Of a stretch of DNA of 32,000 nucleotides, positions 6,646 through 14,722 are shown piece after piece (within the stretch, counting starts at the first letter, position 1; each line of letters begins with the position of its first letter). The notes beneath the pieces are model-generated. The model was given only the letters and a program-made list of their open reading frames with translations, did no database searches and was not told where the DNA came from. Both the position numbers and the translations under genes were made by a program. This DNA is from Edaphobacter aggregans (GTDB taxonomy: Bacteria > Acidobacteriota > Terriglobia > Terriglobales > Acidobacteriaceae): assembly GCF_003945235.1 (NCBI RefSeq), contig NZ_RSDW01000001.1:5820001-5852000 (forward strand), given 5' to 3'.

Positions 6646-6900
6646 ATGGCCACTGAGGTACCCAGCTTTCCAACTCGAAAGAAGCTCCTGCGTCGCCAGC
6701 AGGTAGAGGAGATGACGGGCCTGTCATGCTCAACGATCTATCGCAAAATGGAACAGGGCGAGTTTCCTCGCCCTGTCAGTCTTACGCGGAACTCCGTCCG
6801 CTGGGTGGAAGCTGAAGTGCTCGCATGGATGGATACGCTCGCGCCCACTCAGCCAACGATACGGATTGAAGGTCGCGCCCGCCGCGCCTCATCCAAGTAG
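6646..6900 (+). CDS. AlpA/excisionase-type HTH DNA-binding protein
   Basis: KKLLRRQQVEEMTGLSCSTIYRKMEQGEFPRPVSLTRNSVRWVEAEVLAWM matches the AlpA / phage regulatory protein pattern. The start was chosen at Met 6646, inside the longer ORF 6472..6900. Confidence 0.8.
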   Translation: MATEVPSFPTRKKLLRRQQVEEMTGLSCSTIYRKMEQGEFPRPVSLTRNSVRWVEAEVLAWMDTLAPTQPTIRIEGRARRASSK

Positions 6901-7223
6901 TCAGCCCACCACTACATCATCTCCGTGCGCTGCTTCAAATACTTTGCACGGTTGTAGGCCACGCTTACTTTGTTGCGCTACATGTGGACAAGCTGGAGGT
7001 CGATTATGCTAGGACGAATCTCTCTGATCTAGGGAAAAATCGACACATCAACAAGACTGGCAGCGACAGTATATCCAATTTGCTATCAATCATTTACGAG
7101 AAAGTGCAGCCGAAGAGAATGGATCTATACAGAATCTATTCAGTAAAGTGCACTCCGCGTCGCACTCCATCGGAGATCGTCTTTAGAAGGTGTTGATTTC
7201 AGTGATAGTTACGGGCTGTATGT

Positions 7224-7243
7224 GACTCCTGCCCGGGCCACCA
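7224..7243 (+). repeat. attR-type core: 20-nt direct copy of the tRNA-Arg 3' end
   Basis: GACTCCTGCCCGGGCCACCA is identical to 2806-2825. No tRNA body lies upstream of it. Confidence 0.85.
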
Positions 7244-7344
7244 CATAAACCCCTCTATAAACATTGAGTATTTTGAGATGTGTGCTGCGGCCACGGCGTC
7301 TCTTGAAAATGCAAGTGTGATACAAAAGTGATACACCTTCACAT

Positions 7345-7440
7345 TTATTTCTCAGTCGGCCGCAAGGCAAGCTCACCACCGATCTGCAGTCCTTGCAGGG
7401 CGGACAGCAAACGTCATACTTTATCGCGGGACATCTCTGA
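7345..7440 (+). repeat. Possible left half of a diverged copy of the ~160-bp repeat family, interrupted by IS copy 1
   Basis: Starts with GTCGGCC like copies A and B and contains a hairpin (CTGCAGTCCTTGCAG) at the position of GTCCACTTGGAC in copy A. Identity is otherwise low, so this is tentative. Confidence 0.3.
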
Positions 7441-7452
7441 TATGGAGTGACC

Positions 7453-7760
7453 GCGTCAACTCTGGGACATCTGTGGTTTGTAGTTTTCTTTTGTTTTTTC
7501 TCGAGGACAGAGCGAGCGGCAGCCGGGGCAGGTTGAGCGACGATTGATCAGTCTGATATTCGCGGGTCGGAACCGCATAATCATGATCCGTCGGGAGCTG
7601 CCTCTGACTGTTAGCGCGAGTCCGGGCGAGCCGGTCGCATAGGGCAAACGAGGATTCTCCTTCGTGCTTGCCTCGGCTGCTGCTGGCTCTGTGCTCGAAA
7701 TTGGTGACGAAGTTCATTTCCATTTTTTAGGAACGTTTTTCTTTCTGTCTTTCCTTTTTA
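7453..7760 (-). ncRNA. Candidate bridge/seek guide RNA of IS copy 1 (3' non-coding region)
   Basis: Contains an exact 14-mer of the reconstructed empty target (7602-7615), an 11/12 copy of the left target arm (7464-7475) and an 8-mer of the flank/IS junction (7552-7559). RNA ends and fold were not determined. Confidence 0.45.
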
Positions 7761-8888
7761 TCAGGCCGCGATCCGCTGCTTGGAAATAGCCTCTGCTCTG
7801 ATTCCAATGGCCCAGATAAAGCCCAGCAGTTCACGGGCAACTGCCGTGACTATCTTCCTCTGGTCCTTGCCGGCTGCACCCAGTTTCATATACCGCTTGT
7901 GCAGCCGGTGTTGCGCCTTCCACGCAATCTCTTTCGCCTCTTCGGAGATGCTCTCCTGTCGTCTGCGCAATCCGTACCAGATACAGGGTGGACGACGATA
8001 GCTCCATGCGGCTTCTATGACGATTCGGCGCAGGTGCGCGTTACCGGTCTTGGTGATGCCGCCACGCCTGGTTCGCCTGCCACTGGAATCCTCGCTGGGT
8101 ACAGCTCCGCAATAGCCCATCAGTTGTCGGGCACTGTCGAAGCGGGATACCTGACCCAACTCGGCAGCAATGGTCACAGCCGAGATATCTGCGATACCGC
8201 GCAGTGCCTGTAGATCGTTGATGACTTGTTGTAACGCGGGCGAGGCTAGCTTCACCGCCTCCGTGATGGCCTGCTCCAGACGCGCTACTCGTTCCCGCAT
8301 GTGCTCGACCTCGTGCAGATAGTCCTGCCGCGTGGACTCCTGAGCGATTTGTGTGAAACGTAGCTGCGCAACCCAGATCAGATAGGGACGTGTCCATGGC
8401 CGAACCCCGGACGGTGGACGCTGGCCTGAGCGAAGAAGAAACTTGCTCAGCCGATGCCGCGCTCGCATCTGATCTTGCTTGGCCGCTTCGCGGGCGCGCA
8501 CTAAATCCCGCAAGGCCTCAGAACCTTCATCCGGAACCCACACCGCCGTCAGATCTCCGGATCGATAACAGCGTGCCAACTTCTCAGCATCGCGCCGATC
8601 CGTCTTTACCCGATCACCCGCCTTTACCGGCACCAGCGTGGGTGCCACAACCTCGCACTGAATGCCCAGTTCCGTCAGCTGCCAGTACACGATGTAGCCC
8701 GTCGGTCCCGCCTCATAACAGGCTCGCAAGTTCTCTGCTGGGCCAAGCTTCCTGATCAGCTTGCGTATCGACTCGCTTCGGTTCGGAATCGTTCCCAGGC
8801 TCCGCACTTCGCCATCCAGCTCTGCAATCGCTACGGCAATCGTCTCGGCGTGGACATCCAAACCCAAAAATCGTAACTTCTCCTTCAT
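7761..8888 (-). CDS. IS110-family transposase (DEDD N-terminal domain plus Transposase_20 C-terminal domain)
   Basis: LGLDVHAETIAVAI...YEAGPTGY...VKTDRRDAEKLA...ITKTGNAHLRRIVIEAAWS is the typical IS110/IS1111 recombinase pattern. Confidence 0.93.
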   Translation of the reverse strand: MKEKLRFLGLDVHAETIAVAIAELDGEVRSLGTIPNRSESIRKLIRKLGPAENLRACYEAGPTGYIVYWQLTELGIQCEVVAPTLVPVKAGDRVKTDRRDAEKLARCYRSGDLTAVWVPDEGSEALRDLVRAREAAKQDQMRARHRLSKFLLRSGQRPPSGVRPWTRPYLIWVAQLRFTQIAQESTRQDYLHEVEHMRERVARLEQAITEAVKLASPALQQVINDLQALRGIADISAVTIAAELGQVSRFDSARQLMGYCGAVPSEDSSGRRTRRGGITKTGNAHLRRIVIEAAWSYRRPPCIWYGLRRRQESISEEAKEIAWKAQHRLHKRYMKLGAAGKDQRKIVTAVARELLGFIWAIGIRAEAISKQRIAA

Positions 8889-8982
8889 GACCGGCTCCCT
8901 TCCGCTTGTGGCTCTGAACTGCGTGTCCTGATAAACACACAGCCTAACCCACGATCAGCGCATCGGTGTCGGTCACTCCATA

Positions 8983-9090
8983 CTGACTGTTAGCAATAGT
9001 TGGACGGTCGAGCACTTGTCCGGAAAGCCGACTTTTCGTCCAAGTGGAAAGTCACCCACTGGAAATCAGTAAACACACTAGCGCGTTTTG
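8983..9090 (+). repeat. Right half of the repeat family (copy C), lying between the two IS elements
   Basis: ACTTTTCGTCCAAGTGGAAAGTCACCCACTGGAAATCAGTAAACAC closely matches 13440-13484 of copy A. The trailing ACTAGCGCGTTTTG resembles the A tail TGCGGCGTTTCT. Confidence 0.65.
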
Positions 9091-9105
9091 TATGAGCAGG
9101 TCACT

Positions 9106-9340
9106 GATGTCAAGGCTTTTTTCCTTATCAGGGTCTTTGCTTTTGCTGTTATTGCGTTGCTGTTGCTCTCCACCGGGTTTGTATTCGCACTCTGGTGAGC
9201 TGATCGTGATCTGAGCTCGGTGCCTGTTGGGGTTCGAGAGGAGAGTCGATGCTGCTATTTATCGGTCGGCCTCGATGGCCAAAACGCGCACGCAGTCATC
9301 GGAACACGGTGTCGACGCAACAAGTAAACATGATGATCTC
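9106..9340 (-). ncRNA. Candidate bridge/seek guide RNA of IS copy 2 (3' non-coding region)
   Basis: 9280-9289 CAAAACGCGC is the reverse complement of left flank 9081-9090. 9257-9264 ATTTATCG equals right flank 10467-10474. The two guide-like segments are 15 nt apart. Confidence 0.4.
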
Positions 9341-10426
9341 TCAGGCTGCTTCCGCGTGGAACGGGATGTAGAACTCTTGAGTGATCCAGAGGCGATGGAG
9401 CAAGACAGCCAGCTTCCGTGCTACAGCCACCACCGCCTTATTCTTAGCCTGCTTGCCGCCTCGGGCGGCCAGATGCAGGCCCCATTGTCGCAGTGCAGAG
9501 TCTCTTCCATGAGGTCGAAGGATGTGGTTGGCGCACTCAATCAGCAGGCTTCGAAGATAAGCGTTGCCTGCCTTGGTGATGCCGAGTTGCGGATCGCGTT
9601 CGCCTGACTGACTTCGTCTGGGCCGCAGGCCCAGATAGCAGCCCACGTCTCGACTACGTCCGAAGCGTTGCTTGTCGCCTAGCGTCAGGACGAACGTGAG
9701 AGCAGTGATATGACCGATGCCGTGGATGGTCAGCAGAGGCTGTGTCTCAGCATACTCAGTCTGAGTCATCCGTTGGATCTCCCGGTCGTACTGCTTGATC
9801 TTCAGCGTCATCGCCGCGATCTGTTCGAGCACCGGACCGAGTGCCAGCTGGAGTCCTGGCGGCATCGCGGCCTGGCCGCGCTGAGCAAAACACTTCGTGG
9901 ATGAGGCCGGCATACGATAGCCGCAGGCCTTCGTCAGTCCGCGCACGGCGTTCACAGCTGCGGTGCGAAGTCGAACGAGAAGCTCTCGCGCACGGATCAG
10001 GGTGAGAGCCTCTTGCTGTTCGACAGTGCGATGAGAGATCGGCCGAAGAATCTCTGGATCGAGACGCGCGTACCGGGCCAGCTTCTCTGCATCGACCTGG
10101 TCGCTCTTGCGATCACTGTGAGAAATGGCCCGGAGCTCGCGCACATTCGCTACGATCACTTCGTGACCGAGTTCCTGCAGTTGCTCGCTGATCCAGATCG
10201 AATGGACGCCGGCCTCCATCGCTACGCGTGTTGGAGGCAGATCCTTGAACCACTTCTCGATCGCCTTGGCTGTGGTTCGGAAGCGGCCTCGGTCAATGAC
10301 TTCGCCGTCCTGGTTGAGAGTGCAGTAATGGCTCCAGACATCGCCAAGGTCGATACCAATCGTGAGCTCGGTCCTGGCTTGCCTGCGTGGAACTTCCGCG
10401 ATGAGGTGCTGCGTCGGCTTCTTCAT
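9341..10426 (-). CDS. IS110-family transposase
   Basis: IGIDLGDVWSHYC...MEAGVHS...RKSDQVDAEKLA...ITKAGNAYLRSLLIECA shows the DEDD and Transposase_20 patterns. Confidence 0.93.
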   Translation of the reverse strand: MKKPTQHLIAEVPRRQARTELTIGIDLGDVWSHYCTLNQDGEVIDRGRFRTTAKAIEKWFKDLPPTRVAMEAGVHSIWISEQLQELGHEVIVANVRELRAISHSDRKSDQVDAEKLARYARLDPEILRPISHRTVEQQEALTLIRARELLVRLRTAAVNAVRGLTKACGYRMPASSTKCFAQRGQAAMPPGLQLALGPVLEQIAAMTLKIKQYDREIQRMTQTEYAETQPLLTIHGIGHITALTFVLTLGDKQRFGRSRDVGCYLGLRPRRSQSGERDPQLGITKAGNAYLRSLLIECANHILRPHGRDSALRQWGLHLAARGGKQAKNKAVVAVARKLAVLLHRLWITQEFYIPFHAEAA

Positions 10427-10603
10427 GGGATACAGTCTGCTCCCTCCGGAGTGACCTGCTCATCCCATTTATCGTTACTAGTCTTCGGCAATCAGTTCGT
10501 GGAGCAGGCAATAAGAGCTGGATGAGCGCTTTGTCCTGAAGTCGTCAAGTGAAGTCAACTTCTGTTTTGCCGAGACTCAGGCATTGGATCGGAGCTTCCA
10601 AAA

Positions 10604-13036
10604 TCATTCGTACCGTAACGCTTCCAGCGGATCGACCTTTCCTGCTCGCCACACCGGCATCCAGCACGCCAGGAGCCCCACTCCTAGAAATAACGCGCTC
10701 ACAACGATCAACGTCGCAGGATCGCTGGGCTGTACTTCAAACAGGAAAGACCTCAGCACTCGCGATAAAACAATCGCGAGCGCTGTACCCATGAGTACGC
10801 CACCCGCGATCAGCCGAAATCCTTCGCCGAAGATCAACCTGCGAATGTCCTTTTGTTGCGCGCCCACCGCACTGCGAATTGCCAGTTCTCGGCGTCGCGA
10901 GACCACTGACAGCGAAAGCATGCCGTAAATTCCGACCAGCGTCAACGCGCTTCCCACCACGGAAAACCCGGTCAGCAGATGCATTGCGAATGTCCGCGAT
11001 GCCAGTGACTCGTCGCGAATCTGTTCCAGTGTCTTCACGTTTTCGATCGCCGCCGTCGGATCCACGGAACGCAGTTCGTGTTCCACCGCGAGGACCGCCG
11101 CGCGCGGGTCCGCAGTTGTGCGTACGACGAGATGCTTTGAAAATGCGCTCGCTTGCCACAGCGACAGATAAATCTCCGGCGACGCCTCCTGCGTCAGATC
11201 ATCTGTTCGGCCGTTCGCGATCTCTCCAACAATTTCTGTGCCAGCTTTATCTCGTCCATTCAGCCAGAATTTCTTTCCGATGGCATTGCCCTGCGGAAAG
11301 TAACGGCGTGCAAATGCCTGGTTCACGATGGCTACGTTTGGCGCTTTGTTGTCGTCGGTCGATCGAAACTGCCGCCCTTCTATTTGTGCCATTCCCATTA
11401 ACTTGAAATAGTCGGGCGTCACCGCGCGTAGCGGCAGCGCTGTTTTGTCGCTCTCTTTCACCGCCGGAGGCTGGCCCTCAATCTCCAAAGTCGCCGGCCA
11501 GTTGTTGCCCGTCAGCGGCACACCCCATGCGAATGCCGCGTACTGCACACCCGGAATTGCAGCAACGCGCTCCAGCGCCTGCCGATGAAAGCTACCCCAG
11601 GTTGACCAGCTCTGAACGTCCGTGACACTCATCGTCAATATTCGACTGGTGTTGAATCCCGACGGAACGTTTGCGATCTTCACCATGGTGCGAATGAGCA
11701 ACCCCGCACCCACCAGCAGCGCGAGCGTTAACGCTGTCTGGAGCATCGCGACTCCGCGTAGCAACCTCCTTTCTCCAATTCCTGCCGTCCCTTTTGGTCC
11801 GGCGTCTTTCAGCGCTTCCATTGGATCGAGCCGAAATGCTCGCAGCGCCGGAATGACTCCGGCGAAAAAGGCTGCGAGCAGTGCGGTTCCAAGTCCCCAA
11901 GCTAAAACTGTCCAGCCAGCTGTCACTCCATCCAGCCGCGGAACGGCATGTCCCGCGATCGCCTTGAACAGCCTTACGGCGCCGAAGGCGAGCCCTACTC
12001 CAAATGCCCCGCCGATCAGCGCGAGCAGCAGGCTCTCTGTCAGGACTTGCCTTAGAAGACCTGCGCGGCCCATCCCCATCGCGATCCGCACGGCGTACTC
12101 TTGTTGCCTTTGCAGCCCACGCACCAGCAGGAGAGCTGCAGCGTTCCCACAAGCTATTAACAGCACCAACGTCGCTGCGCCTAACAGCGGCAGCAGAATC
12201 CGCTTCCCATCCCGGTTCATCTCGTCCGTTACCGGCTCCAGTTGCGGCACGAACCCGTCAAACTGCTTCTCGTCGTGCGCCTCTCTCGCCGTTAGTACTG
12301 CTAGTTCCCGTTGTGCCTGTTGCGGAGTCGCTCCGTCCCGCAGCCGCGCGACGACGTTCCAAGACGACTCTTTCAGATGCTTTGGGTCCGGATGCGCTGG
12401 CATCCAGAAATCCACCGTCGCATTGACGTCGTAATTAGGCTCCTTTGCTGCTCCTGGCGATGGCAGAAATCGCACTCCCGGTTCCATCACTCCGATCACG
12501 GTTTGCACATCCCATCGACTGATGCGGACCGTCTTCCCAACAATGTCCTTATCGCCGCCCAACGCCCGCTGCCAAAACTCGTACCCCAGTGCAATCGCCT
12601 TCACTGGCCCTTGCGCGAAATCTGAATCCTCGAAGCCGCGTCCCACCACCGGCCTCAGCCCCATCACCCGAAGATAGTCTTTGGTTATATTCATTCCCTG
12701 CATGGATTGGCTGCCATCATTGCGGATCAAAAAATTAAAGGTCCAGTCATACGCTGCGATTCCCTCGAACGACTTGCCTTCCTTCTGCCACTCCATCCAC
12801 TGTTCGGCGGCCCAGCCGCGCGGGCTGTCCATCTTCTGTCCATCGGTGCGCGCTGCGGGAATCAGCACAAGTTTCTCCGGCTTCTGATACGGCGGCGGTG
12901 TAAGCAATATGGCCTGAATCAAACTGAAGACCGCAGACGTAGCCCCAATTCCCAGCGCCAGGGTCAGCGCGGCGATCAGGCTGAAAACCGGCTGCTTCCA
13001 CAGCATCCGAAATGCAAACCGCAACTCTTGCAACAT
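10604..13036 (-). CDS. ADOP-family duplicated permease (MacB-like, two FtsX domains), 810 aa
   Basis: The N-terminus MLQELRFAFRMLWKQPVFSLIAALTLALGIGATSAVFS and the C-terminus ...KVDPLEALRYE are typical of the acidobacterial duplicated orphan permease family. No ATPase gene is adjacent. Confidence 0.92.
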   Translation of the reverse strand: MLQELRFAFRMLWKQPVFSLIAALTLALGIGATSAVFSLIQAILLTPPPYQKPEKLVLIPAARTDGQKMDSPRGWAAEQWMEWQKEGKSFEGIAAYDWTFNFLIRNDGSQSMQGMNITKDYLRVMGLRPVVGRGFEDSDFAQGPVKAIALGYEFWQRALGGDKDIVGKTVRISRWDVQTVIGVMEPGVRFLPSPGAAKEPNYDVNATVDFWMPAHPDPKHLKESSWNVVARLRDGATPQQAQRELAVLTAREAHDEKQFDGFVPQLEPVTDEMNRDGKRILLPLLGAATLVLLIACGNAAALLLVRGLQRQQEYAVRIAMGMGRAGLLRQVLTESLLLALIGGAFGVGLAFGAVRLFKAIAGHAVPRLDGVTAGWTVLAWGLGTALLAAFFAGVIPALRAFRLDPMEALKDAGPKGTAGIGERRLLRGVAMLQTALTLALLVGAGLLIRTMVKIANVPSGFNTSRILTMSVTDVQSWSTWGSFHRQALERVAAIPGVQYAAFAWGVPLTGNNWPATLEIEGQPPAVKESDKTALPLRAVTPDYFKLMGMAQIEGRQFRSTDDNKAPNVAIVNQAFARRYFPQGNAIGKKFWLNGRDKAGTEIVGEIANGRTDDLTQEASPEIYLSLWQASAFSKHLVVRTTADPRAAVLAVEHELRSVDPTAAIENVKTLEQIRDESLASRTFAMHLLTGFSVVGSALTLVGIYGMLSLSVVSRRRELAIRSAVGAQQKDIRRLIFGEGFRLIAGGVLMGTALAIVLSRVLRSFLFEVQPSDPATLIVVSALFLGVGLLACWMPVWRAGKVDPLEALRYE

Positions 13037-13327
13037 ACGCCCCTCATTCCGTTTTGGTGTCCGGCGAGCGCCCGCTCTGCATTGGCAAAAGATAAGACGT
13101 TGGTGACCGCCCTTGTTCCCTCATTCATCCGTTGGACAATGGAATCGCAGCCCGGGTAGGTTAGAAACAATGCAATTGTATCTTTCCGCGACCCGCCTTG
13201 CGCTGAATTCGGGACAGCCTCGTAGGTGGCCACCAGCCATAGGGCAGGACCCCGGTGCCGACCGCAAATCGGTTTTCAATGGCATAGTCGCCGAGTCACT
13301 TATCGAGCCACCGATGAGTACTGATAT

Positions 13328-13484
13328 GTCGGCCAGTGTTTACAAATCCAGTCCACTTGGACGTAAACCGGCTATCCGGAACCCTGGTATCAGCAAGACC
13401 CGTCGGACGATGAGCCGCGGCAACTGTACGACTTGCCGAGTTTTCGTCCACGTGGAAAGTCACCCATTGGAAATCAGTTAACAC
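13328..13484 (+). repeat. Repeat family copy A (full length, 157 bp), MITE/REP-like with imperfect terminal inverted repeats
   Basis: The left arm GTGTTTAC...CCACTTGGACGTAAAC mirrors the reverse-complemented right arm GTGTTAAC...CCACGTGGACGAAAAC. The first 29 nt are identical to copy B and the right ~45 nt are near-identical to copy C. Confidence 0.75.
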
Positions 13485-13521
13485 TGCGGCGTTTCTCGGT
13501 ATCTATTTTTTGATCGCTTTT

Positions 13522-14501
<980 letters not shown>

Positions 14502-14722
14502 GTCTTCTCCTTGAATTGTGACGCTCGTTCGCTTTCAGTTCCGACACTAAGCCGGAGATGCGGCACGACGGTAGCCTGATCGAGTGGGATGATTGCCTAT
14601 TTGTCCGAGCAAGGCGAGAAAAGGGTGCAAAGAACCGCACTTGTGGCATATCGTGAAGTTGTCGAGGAAAAGCGATGCGATCAAATAAGACAGGCGCAAA
14701 GAGCAATCCGCAGGTTCTATCG

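Larger units (their letters stand above)
2826..7243. mobile_element. tRNA-Arg-integrated genomic island (~4.4 kb); no intact integrase
   Basis: Bounded by the intact tRNA and a 20-nt direct copy of its 3' end. Both edges are visibly AT-rich (2826-2990, 6900-7223). Cargo is accessory-type: HNH nuclease, XRE, AlpA-type HTH, IS1595 stub. No tyrosine or serine recombinase ORF was found in any frame. Confidence 0.65.
7441..8982 (-). mobile_element. IS110-family insertion sequence, IS1111-like layout (copy 1, ~1.54 kb)
   Basis: Perfect 12-bp inverted repeats TATGGAGTGACC (7441-7452) and GGTCACTCCATA (8971-8982), each abutted by CTGA (7437-7440, 8983-8986). The 5' NCR is short (94 nt), the 3' NCR long (320 nt), and the transposase is a DEDD type. 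Confidence 0.8.
9092..10463 (-). mobile_element. IS110-family insertion sequence, IS1111-like layout (copy 2, ~1.37 kb; a different IS species from copy 1)
   Basis: Perfect 14-bp inverted repeats ATGAGCAGGTCACT (9092-9105) and AGTGACCTGCTCAT (10450-10463). The 5' NCR is 37 nt and the 3' NCR 249 nt. The true termini may lie a few nt outside these subterminal IRs. Confidence 0.75.

Noticed and set aside
7130-7190. Minus-strand peptide ...KDDLRWSATRSALY* resembling the HxxR box of tyrosine integrases, next to attR
   Set aside because: It sits in a 20-codon open stretch bounded by stops. The N-terminal 300 aa would have to lie beyond the att repeat, inside the IS. Most likely coincidence.
6984-7196. 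70-aa plus-strand ORF in the AT-rich right edge of the island
   Set aside because: No RBS and no recognisable motif. It sits in low-GC DNA, where stop-free stretches of this size are weak evidence.
7421-7723. 100-aa and 63-aa minus-strand ORFs in the 3' non-coding region of IS copy 1
   Set aside because: No RBS and an odd composition. They run across the inverted repeat and element end into flanking DNA. The region is better explained as ncRNA-coding (target-matching motifs).
9227-10525. Plus-strand ORFs 9227..9607, 9710..9904 and 10013..10525
   Set aside because: Antisense to the IS110-family transposase of copy 2, with no independent support.
10464-10603. Initially considered the 140-177 nt upstream of transposase 2 as a 5' (IS110-type) bridge RNA, because of the alternative helices GCTCATCC/CCTGCTC with GGATGAGCAGG
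   Set aside because: The 14-bp inverted repeat at 10450-10463 places this segment outside the element, and the apparent pairing is largely the inverted repeat itself. The flank-matching motifs are in the 3' NCR instead. The function of 10464-10603 is left open.
10737-13233. Numerous ORFs (for example 11622..12434 plus, 11592..12152 minus, 12976..13233 minus) within and around the ADOP permease
   Set aside because: Off-frame or antisense shadows with Ala/Arg/Ser/Pro-rich composition. The 810-aa frame has an unambiguous family signature end to end.
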